Source: an uncultured Acidobacteriota bacterium
Lineage (GTDB): Bacteria > Acidobacteriota > Thermoanaerobaculia > Gp7-AA8 > CAVUJZ01
Assembly (NCBI GenBank): GCA_963741905.1
Contig: CAVUJZ010000012.1
Location: 80,758-144,757, forward strand
Direction: 5' to 3'
DNA length: 64,000 nucleotides
How positions within the stretch are numbered: the stretch's first letter is position 1; each line of letters starts with the position of its first letter. This document shows, piece after piece, positions 22,063-32,937 of the stretch. The notes under the pieces were generated by a model, which was not told the origin of the DNA, did no database searches, and saw only the letters and a program-made list of their open reading frames with translations. Both the position numbers and the translations under genes were made by a program.

Positions 22063-22485
22063 TCAGGAGCGACTGCTCTTCCTCGATCCTCCCGCCGAGC
22101 TCGTCCGCGTCGAGCGCCAGAGCTTGCGACAGGTCGCGTCGAAGGATTGCTGCTCCGATTCACCCGAGTGGCCGCTCAACAGAGGTCCGCCCTCTTCGTC
22201 GACGAATCGGAGCAGAAGCTGGCGACCCTTCAGTCGTCGAATGGCCGGATCCATGTGCGCCGCCCTGACAATCTCGCCACCGAGAAGCCATGCGTTCCCG
22301 AAGTGGCGTCGCAGGGAGGTCTCAGCGGCATCGCCACTCGCGAGCTGTTCGAGAAACGGCGTCATGGCTGCAACGATCGCTCTGCCGAGTGGGACGTCGC
22401 CGTCGTCGAATCGCCAATGCTCGGGCCACTCGGCCATTTCTGCGACGAGGCGCTCACCGACTTGCGCTGCAGAAGCTCGAGGCAT
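22063..22485 (-). CDS. Hypothetical protein
   Basis: Internal ATG at 22485 (MPRASAAQVGERLVAEMAEW...). No family recognised. The C-terminus may be frame-shifted. Confidence 0.4.
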   Translation of the reverse strand: MPRASAAQVGERLVAEMAEWPEHWRFDDGDVPLGRAIVAAMTPFLEQLASGDAAETSLRRHFGNAWLLGGEIVRAAHMDPAIRRLKGRQLLLRFVDEEGGPLLSGHSGESEQQSFDATCRKLWRSTRTSSAGGSRKSSRS

Positions 22486-22552
22486 CGTGCTCTCGCTAGT
22501 GTAGTGTCTCGTAAATTCGGTACATTTTGCTGGTGGTGCTTGCGAGTCGAGA

Positions 22553-23068
22553 TCAAGGAGCGAGGAGGAGTCGAGGTGGTTCCTCGGCGACGACAAGCGA
22601 CGCAGAGATCGGCCGCAACCACCACCATCCCGAAGGGTTGCGGCGAAAAGCGGCCGCTCGCGTTGTCGCGACGGCACTGCCGACAAGCGTCGAAAGAACC
22701 GTCAGGTCGATGTCGGCGAGCCTCTTGATGTACAGGCATCCCTTCCCGGCCTTGTGCCTGCCGAGTTTCGGGAGGAGCGCGGCGACGTCGGTCGCGGCAT
22801 TCAGCCCGTACACGCTGATGTCGCCCTTTCGCGACGAGAAGCCCACGAGGCAGGAGTCTCCCTCCCGACCACTGTCGTACCTGTAGTGATCGCTGCCGAA
22901 GCCTACGATGCTCGAGCCCCACATCTTCGGGGGATGCCGCGAAGCGCTGGCCATCAGTTTCACCAGGGCTTCGCAGTCCCGGCGTCGCGGGTCGTCATCG
23001 ATGCCGTCGAGGTAGGCCTGCACGCTCGCGTCTGTTGCCACCGTCTTGTTCTCGGCCACGATCAGCAC
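22553..23068 (-). CDS. DUF1801 (YdhG-like) domain protein
   Basis: VQAYLDGIDDDPRRRDCEALVKLM...KMWGSSIVGFGSDHYRYDSGREGDSCLVGFSSRKGDISVY. Confidence 0.7.
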   Translation of the reverse strand: MLIVAENKTVATDASVQAYLDGIDDDPRRRDCEALVKLMASASRHPPKMWGSSIVGFGSDHYRYDSGREGDSCLVGFSSRKGDISVYGLNAATDVAALLPKLGRHKAGKGCLYIKRLADIDLTVLSTLVGSAVATTRAAAFRRNPSGWWWLRPISASLVVAEEPPRLLLAP

Positions 23069-23107
23069 TCCTCATCGAAGGGTACGGGCGCCCCACCCGC
23101 GCTTCAG

Positions 23108-23830
23108 CTATGCCGGGCTATCGTACACCGGCCGCGAGCTCGGGCCACGACTTCGTGACTGAGGTTCGGCGGACCTCCAGGAGACCGCCACCGCGCGCTT
23201 CGCGCTTGCCGTGCAGACGATTCGCGCGGCTCCATCGCTTCGCCTCGATCCCTGTGCTCCCGAGATCGGACCCCGCTCCCGGCCGGCCGTGGGAACGGCC
23301 GCCCCACCTGACGTGAACGCAACGGGCCACGGCCAAAACCGAGGCGCTCTTTCCCGCCTGATGCCTCGCCTTCGGTTTTTGGCACCATCACTCCGGCGCT
23401 GTCTGGACCGCGGTGTCGGACGGGGTCGCTGGAGCAGCAGATATCCGATCAGGACGTTGTAGACGCCGAAGGAGACAATGTGCATCCAGAGAACCTCGGA
23501 CTCGACCCGGTCCTTTGCGCTGGACCGTCGCGATGCTTTTGCAGCACGTTCCAATCCGTAGAAAAAGGCCAGACCCGATAGCGCGACGAGGTAGACCCAG
23601 GCCTCGGCGGCATTGTCACCGACTCGCAGCCCCCGCGCAAAGGTCTGCTGGTGCGAGCTCAACTCCGGCAGGATGTGAAGGAAGACGTAGGCGACGGCGA
23701 CCCCACCGGAAAACGACAGCCATCGACTGCGTGGCAGGACATCGAGAAAGGCCAGTTTTCCGATGAAGAGATGGATCAGCACGAACGCGACGGAACAGGC
23801 TCCAGCCAGGATCAGCATCTGAATCTCCAA
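23108..23830 (-). CDS. Membrane protein, probably only the first ~135 aa are genuine
   Basis: Four hydrophobic helices up to ...NVLIGYLLLQR (~23430). The remainder is Arg-rich read-through. A GAGGCG/CGCCTC hairpin followed by GGTTTT on the minus strand lies at ~23335-23385. Confidence 0.45.
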   Translation of the reverse strand: MEIQMLILAGACSVAFVLIHLFIGKLAFLDVLPRSRWLSFSGGVAVAYVFLHILPELSSHQQTFARGLRVGDNAAEAWVYLVALSGLAFFYGLERAAKASRRSSAKDRVESEVLWMHIVSFGVYNVLIGYLLLQRPRPTPRSRQRRSDGAKNRRRGIRRERAPRFWPWPVAFTSGGAAVPTAGRERGPISGAQGSRRSDGAARIVCTASAKRAVAVSWRSAEPQSRSRGPSSRPVYDSPA

Positions 23831-24031
23831 CTTGTGCGACGCGCCTCATCGTCGTCGCCGCCAATGGATCGAGACCCGCCCGGGCGGCGAGCCCGTGCCT
23901 GGGCGGTGGCAGGTATGAACCTGTATCAAGTTGAGTGCCGCCTATCGTTTCGCCGCGTTCGCAGCCGCACCTGCCCGGACGCGATGTCCCGAGCCGCGCC
24001 TGCACGACGGCCTTTCTGAGGTCCGCCCGTT

Positions 24032-25261
24032 CTAGCGGTATCCGATGATGTAGAGCACCCCTCCGATTGCGACGATCGCCATCGCGACCAGGGCGAGGAT
24101 TCGTTTGATGCCCCAGCCGCCGTGGTCCATTCCCTCACCCTCCATGTCCTTCTTCATGTGCAGACGGTGCAGCACCGTCATCGCCCCCGCAACCAGGCCG
24201 AAACCGAGGTTCAGCCAGAAGGTGTAGTCGATCGCGAATTGCGTCATTCCCCCCGCATCCCGGCCCGACCCCTCGGGCAGCAGGCCGAGAACCGCGAACC
24301 CTCCATGCAGAATCAGGGCGGCCGCGATGATGCTGACGAACATCACGCCGGCAATGTAGAGGGCGACCCGCCACCCGTAGTACTTCGCGTTGACCGCGAC
24401 CAGCGGCGGCACCATCAGGTCGGAGTAGATGAAACCCATGATGCCCGCGAACATCACTCCGCTGCCGTGGAGAATCGTCGCGAGCGGGATGTTTCCCATC
24501 GAGCCGATGAAGGTCGTGGCCGCGACGAACGGAGCGACCGCCGCATTCTCGAGCGCCACGGCCCACCCCGGAATCGAGTCGACACCGACCAGAAACAGCT
24601 TCTCCCAGAACCATGCAGGGACGAGGACGGCGACGAATCCCGCGACGGTGAACCCGATGGCGATCTCCTCCCACACCATCTGCCATTCGCCGACGAATCG
24701 ATGGCCGACCATCCGCCATCCCATCCCGCTCTTCACCCGCCTTCTCCAGTCGAAATCCTCTTCCTCCTCGGGAGCGCCTTTCTCGGCGATCTCGCGAGCT
24801 GCATCCATCCAGTTTTTCGGGTAGGTCAGGCGTATCAGGATGCTCGAGATCGTGACCAGCACCAGTCCGCCGACGATCTCGGCGGCGAGAAACTTCCAGC
24901 CGAGAAAGATCACGATCAGGATCCCGAGCTCGATCACGAGATTCGTCGAGGCGAACATGAAGGCGACACCGGCAACGAAATGCGCCCCCTTGACGACGAG
25001 CGAGCGGGCGGTCGCCAGCGCCGCGAACGAACAGGACGACGAGATCGAGCCGAAGAGCGTCGACAGAGCGATACTCTTCGCACCGGGATCGCCCATGTGC
25101 CGCGTCAGCCGCGCCTTCGGAACAAAGGCCTGAATTCCCGCACTGACCGCGTATCCGAGAATGAACGCCCAGCCCGACTTCCAGAAAAACCCCGCCGCCG
25201 TCTTCGCGGACTCCGCCCACGATGTGAGAAATCCGTCCATCTCGTGACCAGCCGGCTGCAA
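24032..25261 (-). CDS. Permease of the DUF318/ArsP-like family
   Basis: Polytopic. FILGYAVSAGIQAFVPK, LFGSISSSCSFAALATARSL, MFASTNLVIELGI are typical of this permease family. Confidence 0.8.
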   Translation of the reverse strand: MQPAGHEMDGFLTSWAESAKTAAGFFWKSGWAFILGYAVSAGIQAFVPKARLTRHMGDPGAKSIALSTLFGSISSSCSFAALATARSLVVKGAHFVAGVAFMFASTNLVIELGILIVIFLGWKFLAAEIVGGLVLVTISSILIRLTYPKNWMDAAREIAEKGAPEEEEDFDWRRRVKSGMGWRMVGHRFVGEWQMVWEEIAIGFTVAGFVAVLVPAWFWEKLFLVGVDSIPGWAVALENAAVAPFVAATTFIGSMGNIPLATILHGSGVMFAGIMGFIYSDLMVPPLVAVNAKYYGWRVALYIAGVMFVSIIAAALILHGGFAVLGLLPEGSGRDAGGMTQFAIDYTFWLNLGFGLVAGAMTVLHRLHMKKDMEGEGMDHGGWGIKRILALVAMAIVAIGGVLYIIGYR

Positions 25262-25340
25262 CGATCAGGCCGCCACCAACCGGTTCATCGCTGTCATCTC
25301 GACAGACCGTTCCACGGCTCCGAATCCGCGATGATCTCGA

Positions 25341-25781
25341 TCAGTGTCCGGTGTCGGGCATTTCGTCCGAGTGCATATTCATCATCGGACACTCCTTCAT
25401 CGACTTCATCCCGTGCGCCGTCCCCGGCTGCATGTGCCCCATCATGTGCTGCATCATCATCGGCTGCATCGTCTCCATTGCGTTGCGCATCTGCGTGCGC
25501 TGTTCGACCATCGCGTTGATGACGTCGGCCATCGCCTGGAGTTTCGCGTCGCCGGTCGCGGCGTTCATCGTTGCAACCAGTCCGTCGAGCTTCTGATCCA
25601 TCAGCATCATGTGCTCCTGCATGATCCGACGGTGCTCGACCATCTGCTCGCAGGACATCACTGCCTCGTCGTGGTCCGACGATTCCATCTTCATCTCCTG
25701 CTGATGCTCGTGCTGAGCGGCGAAGGTCGGTGCCGCGAGTGCCATCAGGATCAGGACCGGAACGACTGCTGTCTTTTTCAT
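25341..25781 (-). CDS. Secreted Met/His-rich protein (putative periplasmic metal-binding protein)
   Basis: ATG at 25781 gives the signal peptide MKKTAVVPVLILMALAAPTFA. The mature part is rich in M and H (MQPMMMQHMMGHMQPGTAHGMKSMKECPMMNMH). Confidence 0.65.
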   Translation of the reverse strand: MKKTAVVPVLILMALAAPTFAAQHEHQQEMKMESSDHDEAVMSCEQMVEHRRIMQEHMMLMDQKLDGLVATMNAATGDAKLQAMADVINAMVEQRTQMRNAMETMQPMMMQHMMGHMQPGTAHGMKSMKECPMMNMHSDEMPDTGH

Positions 25782-25890
25782 CAGTTTTCTCCTCTCTTCC
25801 GGGAACCTCGCTGTGCGAGAGCCGCACCAGCGTGCGAGCCGGCGGTTCAGGTCTGTCGGCGTTCGACAAAGGCCGCGAGATTGGCGAGTG

Positions 25891-28800
25891 ATGAGCTCAA
25901 CCCGGCCTGCTGCGCGAACGCTTCGACGTCGACTTCGGACACTACAAGGCTCCGAGCATCCACCGGCGGATTCTCCGTCGCATCCTGCTCGACGGCCACG
26001 GAACGGTCGAACGGTATGCGCGCGCGCTCGCCTCGAACGGGGAGCTGCTCGACGTCCTCTACCAGGACCTGCTGATCGGGGTGACCGCGTTCTTCCGGGA
26101 TCCGAAGCAATTCGCCGCGCTGCGGGATTCGGTCCTCCCGGAGATTCTCGAGGGTCGTCAGTCCGATCCGATCCGCATCTGGATCGCGGGTTGCTCGACC
26201 GGCGAGGAGGTCTACTCACTGGCGATCACCCTGTTCGAGTCCCTGCACGACAGCAACGTTCGCGTAACCATCTTCGGCACCGACATCAACAACAAGGCTC
26301 TCGAGATCGCACGCGCCGGGATCTTACTCGGAGAGTGCACTCGCGGAGGTCTCACCGGAGCTCCGTGATCGCTATTTCACTGCCGTGCCTGCCGGTTTTC
26401 GCATCAGCAAGAAGGTGCGGGAGCGATGCGTCTTCGCGAAGCACGATGTGACGAGTGATCCGCCGTACTCGAACATCGATCTGGTGATGTGCTGCAACCT
26501 GCTGATCTACCTCGGCGCCGACCTCCAGAACAGGACGTTGAGCTCCCTCCACTACGCTCTGGTCCCGGATGGATTCCTCGGCCTCGGTAACGCGGAGAAT
26601 CTCCGTACATCGTCGATGTTTGCCCCAGCCGAGGCCAGACCGTGGTTTTATCGGAAGCTGCCATTCCGGGATGCGGCAATGTCTCGCTTTCAGGGTCAGA
26701 GAGAGACAGCGCATCCCTCTCCAGAGACACCAGACGAATCGCCCGGCTCGGCCCGGCATGAGGCGGATCTGTTTCTTTCCGATCACCTCGCGCCATGCGG
26801 CGTCCTGGTCGACAGTTCGATGGAGATCGTCCGCTTCCGGGGCCATGTCGAACCTTACATCCAACTGATCCCCGGAGACGCGAACCTGAATCTGTTCCGC
26901 CTTGTCCGCCATCCCGAGATGCTCGCCGAGCTGCGACCGGCAGTGCACCGTGCCAGTCAGGACGGTGACGAGGTCGTCAGGACCGGAATCGCCATCACGG
27001 CGGATGGAGAGCGTCGTAACGGTGCATTCCGAGTCATTCCGTTTCCGCGAAGGATCGGGCCGCCGATGTTCTGGGTGCTGTTCAGCACTCTGGGCACGTT
27101 GGGAGAGTCGGACGCCAGCGACGCCACGGCCGAACGGCCGAGCGAAGTCGACTCGCTGCGGGCGTCGCTCGCGGCAGCGGTTGAGGATCGCGAACGGCTC
27201 GCCGACGAGGCCGCGGCCGCCGCGGAAGAGGCGCAGTCGAGCGACGAGGAGCTTCGGAGTACCAACGAGGAGCTCGAGACGGCAAAGGAAGAGCTCCAGT
27301 CCGCCAACGAAGAACTGATCACCCTCAATGGCGAGCTCCTGGACCGAAACGCGGCGCTGACCACGATGAACGATGATCTCGAGAACGTTCTTTCCGCGAT
27401 CGAGATCCCGATGCTGTTCGTCGGTACCGGCGGCGAGATCCGCCGGTTCAACGAGCCGGCCGCGGCGCTCTTCAATCTCAACGCCGACAATCGTGGACGA
27501 TCGCTCTCCGAGGTTCGAGGCGAGATCGTCGTGACGGACGACCTCCTCCGCCCGTTCCGCGAGGCAATCACCTCGAAGAGGGCGATCAATCACGAAATCC
27601 TCGACGCTCGCGGACAATGGCGCCTGCTCCGTATCCATCCCTATCTGACGAGCGATGGAGTCGTTGATGGCGGTCTGATCGCGATCAGCGACATCGATAC
27701 ACTCAAACGGAGCGTGCTCGCGGCAGAGAAGTCGGCGAGACTCAGCACTCTGCTGGCCGACGCCGGAGCGCTTCTGGCCTCGTCGCTCGATTATGAAACC
27801 ACCCTCGATTCGCTCACCAGGATGGCGGTTCCCGATTTTGCGGACTGGTGCGCCATCGATCTGATCGACGAGGAGGGCTCGATCCGTCACCTTTGCCGTC
27901 TCCCACGCAAACCCGTTCATGCGCGACGTCGCCGAGAAGTTTCAGGAAATGGTCTGGAACGATGCAGCTCCTCTTCTCGATCCCCGACCCACTGCATTAC
28001 GCGAACCGGTTCTCCTGTCCGACATCTCCAGCTCCGCGGGCACCGGCGACGAGGTGGAGACTCGATACAGCCAGCTCGTCGGGGCCCTCGGCCTCAAGTC
28101 TCTGATTCGCGTCCCCCTCAGAACGCGAGACCGGACCTTCGGCACGATGACATTCTCAATCACCGACCTGACCTACGACGACGATGACCTCAGGTTCGCG
28201 AACGAGCTCGGACGTCACGCGGCCATGGCGATCGACACCGCTTTGCTGTTCCGCGAGGCGGAGGAGGCGAACCGCTACCTCCGCGCTTTGCTCAGTACGG
28301 TTGCTCACGAGATCCGCACGCCGCTCACGACCATCCTCGGCTGGGCCGAGCTGGCCACACAGAATCCCGACGAGGAAACGACCGCGCGGGATGCCGTGAT
28401 CCAGATCGATCAGTCGGCGAAACTACTCCGGGTGTTCGTCGACGATCTGCTCGATACCGAACGGATTGCCCAGCGCAAGTTGCGAATCGAAAAGCATGAC
28501 ATCGATTTGAAGGACGTCGTCCAGGTGGGAGTCGACATTACCAGGCCGACAGCGGAGGCACATTCGATCCGGCTGAGTTTCGCGGCTCCCCGCTCTCCTA
28601 TCGCCTTCCATGGAGACCAGGCGCGCCTGATCCAGGTCGTCTGGAATCTCGTCAGTAACGCTATCAAGTTCACCCCGGCCGGCGGCGAGATCGAGGTCGC
28701 ACTGAAACGGGACGGCGCGGAAGCACGGTTGTCAGTCCATGACAACGGCAGAGGGATCGAGCCCGCCCTGCTCCCCCATGTCTTCGACCGTTTCCACCAG

Positions 28801-28983
28801 GGCGACAGCAGCTCCGAGCGCACTTCGGGCCTCGGCCTGGGCCTGGCCATCGCCAGGGAGGTCGTCACCCTCCACGACGGTTCCATCCAGGCCGAAAGCC
28901 CCGGTCGTGACAAAGGCGCGACCTTCACCGTGACCCTCCCCCTCGAGCAACGCCGGCGCAAAGGCTTCCGCAGACGGAAATGA
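25891..28983 (+). CDS. CheR-type methyltransferase / coiled-coil / PAS / GAF / histidine kinase fusion, with >=3 apparent 1-nt indels
   Basis: FGHYK...LLIGVTAFFRDP, IWIAGCSTGEEVYSLA and CCNLLIYL (CheR). EELRSTNEELETAKEELQSANEEL. C-terminal HisKA (STVAHEIRTPL) and HATPase (DNGRGI, GLGLGLAI). Frame breaks near 25905, 26329 and 27892. Confidence 0.75.
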
Positions 28984-29212
28984 CGTGCGCTCCATCCGGA
29001 GGTTGCGATCCTGGCTGGAATGTCCCACGGATCGACTTCTGCGATTCGCCGGCGCCTCTTGCGCTGGTGGCGGCCCGTGGCCGCGCAGCCGGCTCCCCGC
29101 CAGGGCAGCAGTCGAACGCGCGAAATGCCGGAAGTCGATTCCCGGGTTCTCATGCCCGATGTTCCATGAGGGTGGAACCCGTCCCCCCTGGAACGTCGCA
29201 TGACGAACACCG

Positions 29213-30106
29213 GTGAGAGACGCGATGGACGACGAAGGACCTCTTGAACGCCTTCGCAGGGCGAAGCGAATCGGCTGGATTTTTTCCGGCGGCGGGATGC
29301 GATGCACGTTTCAGGTCGGCATCGTCGAGATGCTGCGCGAGCTCGGCGTGCATCCCTCCCTGACGATCGGCGTCTCCTGTGGAGTCTGGAACGCGGCCGC
29401 GGTGGCCGCGGGAACCGACGCACGACTGCGCAACTACTGGCGCGCTTACGCCCGGATGCCTCGGTTCGACCTGCGCAATGTGCTGGGCCCTCACCGTTCC
29501 CCCTTTCTCTACGGAAAACTTCACGAGCGAACGTTCCCGAAGTATGTCGGTGCAGAGCGGCTTTGCTCGTCCGAGGCCCTGCCGTGCTGGGTCGGTCTGA
29601 CCCGACTGCGCGATCGCGCATCTGTGATCAGGCTCGTCAACGATGCGGAGGACCCGCTCCGGATCTTCCTCGCAGCCAACTATCTCCCTCCCTGGTACAC
29701 GCGAACGCCTCCGATCGACGGGGAGCGTTACGGAGACGGTGGCGTCTCGGACAATGCTCCCTACGACAAGGCATTTGCCGAGGGATGCGACGCAGTGGTG
29801 ATCATGACGCTCAAGGGCGAGAGCGAGGGCGGACTCTATCGAAGCGTCGACGACATCGAGCACGAGATTCCCGCGCCGCTTCGTGACCGGGTCGTCGTGA
29901 TCCGGCCGCGGCACCGGGTCCCGGTCGGATTCACCGAACGGAGATGGAGCATCCATTCACGACTGATCGAACTGGGACGCCTGCGTGCGCGTGAGGTCCT
30001 GCTCGGGGAACGCCATCCCGAAACGGACTGGCGGGCCCGCGGCCAGTCACCCACGGTGCGGCTGCTCCGGGTTTTTCGCCGAGGACCTCGTTCGACCGCA
30101 GGCTGA
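29213..30106 (+). CDS. Patatin-like phospholipase
   Basis: FSGGGMRC (oxyanion GGG), GVSCG (GxSxG), DGGVSDNAP (catalytic Asp). Confidence 0.8.
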   Translation: MRDAMDDEGPLERLRRAKRIGWIFSGGGMRCTFQVGIVEMLRELGVHPSLTIGVSCGVWNAAAVAAGTDARLRNYWRAYARMPRFDLRNVLGPHRSPFLYGKLHERTFPKYVGAERLCSSEALPCWVGLTRLRDRASVIRLVNDAEDPLRIFLAANYLPPWYTRTPPIDGERYGDGGVSDNAPYDKAFAEGCDAVVIMTLKGESEGGLYRSVDDIEHEIPAPLRDRVVVIRPRHRVPVGFTERRWSIHSRLIELGRLRAREVLLGERHPETDWRARGQSPTVRLLRVFRRGPRSTAG

Positions 30107-30194
30107 ACGCGGCCGCTGAATCGAACTGATTTTCGGTCAGGGCTTTCCTGCCGGCAGCGAGCTCTTCGAGATCGGTCTCAAAGGTGCTGAGAGC

Positions 30195-30371
30195 TCAAAG
30201 GCCTTTGACCTGCACGGCCACCAGAAGCAGTGCATAGCCGATGATCCAGGACCATGTCGCGATCTCGCCGCCGACGTGAATGATTCCGAAGTGGGCGATG
30301 ATCGCGATCACGAAAAGAACGAGCGAGATGATCCAGGTGATGAATTTCGGGGCATTGGTCTGTTTCGCCAT
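30195..30371 (-). CDS. Small two-TM membrane protein
   Basis: ATG at 30371 (MAKQTNAPKFITWIISLVLFVIAII...). 58 aa. Confidence 0.4.
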   Translation of the reverse strand: MAKQTNAPKFITWIISLVLFVIAIIAHFGIIHVGGEIATWSWIIGYALLLVAVQVKGL

Positions 30372-30787
30372 GAGTTCGAGCTCCACGCGGCATCGCCGCT
30401 GTTCAGGATGTTGACGGGCCGTTGCGCTTTGATGTCCTGCGAGTCTAGTGGCCTCATCCCCCGCCTGGAAGCGTACTAATTACCCCTCTGCGCATGCGCT
30501 CCAGGTGGAAACTACCGTCGCATCCCGACGCTGCGGTTGGACGGCCCCCGGCGGAGCCCCGGGAGTGTCGCGGTCGGGACCGTAGTGACTACCTGATCGC
30601 GAACCACGATGGGCGTATGAACTACGCTTCCGAAGCCCGCTCATCCGGCCGACAATCGACAACATGGATCCGGCTTCCGGTCGACACCCGGAACCGCGCG
30701 AGCCGCATCGTTCGCGCGCCTCTGGCGGCGGGTCAACGAACCTCACCGGTGTGACTCGCGGGTCGCCGCATCGAACACTCCGGCAAC

Positions 30788-31819
30788 ATGAAAGAAGGCA
30801 CACCGATGAATTCGAAACTGCGAGTCCTGATCCTCGGCTTCGCGCTGGCGCAGGTCCTTCTGGTCATCCCCCCGATGGACGCCGCGTCCCGTACCCCTGC
30901 GAGGAACGCGAAGCCGACGGCCGCCTCGACGAACCGCAGCACCGGTCAGCCCATCGTCAGGTCGTCCGCGCAGAATGGTGCCGCCGTTGTGCGGGCCCAG
31001 ATCCTTCTCGACCGCGCACACTTTTCGCCGGGCGAGATCGACGGCCGTTTCGGCTCCAACACGGCCAGCGCCATCGCCGCGTTCAACCTGGCGAGAAGAA
31101 TCACCGCCGGCGCGGAAGCCAACGCCGCGACGTGGCAGGCGCTCAACCTCGACACCGCGGCCGTGATCGTTCCCTACACACTGACGGAAGAGGATCTTGC
31201 CGGCCCGTTCGTTTCCATCCCGCCGGAGGTCGCCGATCAGGCAAAGCTCTCCGCTCTCGGCTATGAAAACGTGGCCGAGGCCCTCGGCGAGAAATTTCAC
31301 GCGAGTCCGAAGCTTCTTGCGGCGCTCAATCCCGGTCGGGGGTTCAATCGGGTCGGAGAGATCATCGTGGTCCCGAACGTTGCGCGGCCGGCGTTCGAGA
31401 AGATCGCCGGGTTGACCATTCGGATCAGCGAGAGCCAGCGGGCGGTCGAGGCGGTCAATGCTGATGGTGTCGTGCTGGCTCGATACCCCGCAACCACCGG
31501 GAGTACGCACGACCCGCTTCCCCTCGGCACGTGGAAGGTCAACGGTGTCGCCTGGAATCCTACGTTCAGCTACAACCCCGACCTCTTCTGGGATTCCGAA
31601 GCGGGGGATGAGGCGACCAGGCTCGCGCCGGGTCCGAATGGTCCGGTAGGACCGGTCTGGATCGACCTCTCGAAACCGCACTACGGGATCCACGGTACGT
31701 CCACTCCCGCGACCATCGGCAAGACCAGCTCGCACGGCTGCATCCGTCTGACGAACTGGGACGCCATCGAGCTTGCGACGATGGTGACGCCCGGGATGTC
31801 CGCGATTCTGGAGAAGTAA
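30788..31819 (+). CDS. L,D-transpeptidase (YkuD) with PG-binding domain
   Basis: Signal peptide. [30 protein letters not shown] (PG_binding_1). [24 protein letters not shown] (YkuD active site). Confidence 0.85.
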   Translation: MKEGTPMNSKLRVLILGFALAQVLLVIPPMDAASRTPARNAKPTAASTNRSTGQPIVRSSAQNGAAVVRAQILLDRAHFSPGEIDGRFGSNTASAIAAFNLARRITAGAEANAATWQALNLDTAAVIVPYTLTEEDLAGPFVSIPPEVADQAKLSALGYENVAEALGEKFHASPKLLAALNPGRGFNRVGEIIVVPNVARPAFEKIAGLTIRISESQRAVEAVNADGVVLARYPATTGSTHDPLPLGTWKVNGVAWNPTFSYNPDLFWDSEAGDEATRLAPGPNGPVGPVWIDLSKPHYGIHGTSTPATIGKTSSHGCIRLTNWDAIELATMVTPGMSAILEK

Positions 31820-31841
31820 TGGACGAGACGAGGGAACGCGT

Positions 31842-32594
31842 ATGAGAAACGTATCGGTATTCGTGATCGGACTGATGCTTGCCGCCCTGCTCGGCTGGGT
31901 TGCCAGGGGACGGTACCAGTTCGCGCGTGTCGGTCCGGTCGAGGTGCCGCGGACGGCGACCGCTGCGACCCCGGTCGTGCATGAAATTCCGGCCAGGGTC
32001 GCCGTTCCGGAGGACCTGCCCCGGCCTCCGGCCGGGGTCGAGTTGCCGGAGGCATTCGTTCCGGTTGAAGTCCTCGCGGCGATCGCTCCCGTTCCGGATG
32101 CGCCGCCACCCCCGGACCCGGCGAAGGACCCGCAGCCGACTCCGACAGGCGCCGCCCCTCGCCCGATCATCGTCCCGGTCCAAGGCGTCGCCGCTTCCTC
32201 CATGCACGACACGTTCGACCAGGGCCGCGGTGATCATCGCCACGAAGCGATCGACATCATGATGCCGCGCGGCACGCCCGTCATTGCCGCCGACGACGGC
32301 TTCGTGAGGAAGCTCTTCACCAGCGTGCCGGGAGGCCTCACCATCTACCAGTACGATCCCGACGAGCGCTTCTGCTACTACTACGCGCACCTCGATCGGT
32401 ACGCGACCGGCCTGCGGGAAGGGCAGCAACTACACCGGGGGGAGATCATCGGTTACGTCGGGTCCACCGGGAACGCCTCCGGGGACGCGCCTCATCTCCA
32501 CTTCGCCCTGATCCGGCTCGACCCCGAGAAGCGCTGGTGGAAGGGGACGTACGTGAATCCCTACCCGCTGCTCATCGACTCGACCTCGCATTGA
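31842..32594 (+). CDS. M23 family metallopeptidase
   Basis: HEAIDIMMPRGTPV, YYYAHL, GYVGSTGNASGDAPHLHF. Confidence 0.85.
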   Translation: MRNVSVFVIGLMLAALLGWVARGRYQFARVGPVEVPRTATAATPVVHEIPARVAVPEDLPRPPAGVELPEAFVPVEVLAAIAPVPDAPPPPDPAKDPQPTPTGAAPRPIIVPVQGVAASSMHDTFDQGRGDHRHEAIDIMMPRGTPVIAADDGFVRKLFTSVPGGLTIYQYDPDERFCYYYAHLDRYATGLREGQQLHRGEIIGYVGSTGNASGDAPHLHFALIRLDPEKRWWKGTYVNPYPLLIDSTSH

Positions 32595-32606
32595 TTCGTC
32601 GGAACA

Positions 32607-32834
32607 GGGGGTCGGAGCTAAGAAATCAAATTTCCCGTTCGCTCCGCCCGCCTCCGGGCGGAGGAGTCATCGCCCGGCAACGTCCCCCGTGCCTTTCTTC
32701 CCGGTGGAGCCCCCTGCCGCCTGGCCGCATCCGCCTCTCACTCGGCATCGACCGGCCCCCATGCTGATGCCCGATCTGCCGGGTTCGCCTCTTCGCATCC
32801 CCCGCTGAGTTTTTTATTTTTTAGCTCCGACCCC
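32607..32834 (+). mobile_element. MITE-like element, copy 1 (228 bp)
   Basis: Terminal inverted repeats GGGGTCGGAGCTAAGAAAT ... ATTTTTTAGCTCCGACCCC. The internal sequence is shared with 35035..35360. Confidence 0.7.
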
Positions 32835-32937
32835 AGGTTTCTCCCACCTGCTCTACGCCTCGCGCGGCCAGGAGTTGCAGCGCCTCGCGGGCGGCATCGC
32901 GCATGTGGAGCAGACGCTCCTCATCAGTCGGCTTCAT
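32821..32937 (-). pseudogene. HEPN (DUF86) toxin gene remnant, truncated by the MITE
   Basis: MKPTDEERLLHMRDAAREALQLL... (38 aa). Its start overlaps the MNT stop by 14 nt. The reading frame runs into the MITE terminus, where the stop lies. Confidence 0.5.

Noticed and set aside
21823-22728. 301-aa plus-strand ORF upstream of the SNF2 gene
   Set aside because: Arg-rich with no motifs. It is antisense to the better-supported 22063..22485 ORF and overlaps the 3' end of the DUF1801 gene.
25813-26451. 212-aa ORF overlapping the CheR domain
   Set aside because: It is the +1 frame of the CheR-kinase gene. It is useful only in that its ATG at 25891 is probably the true CheR start, displaced by a 1-nt indel.
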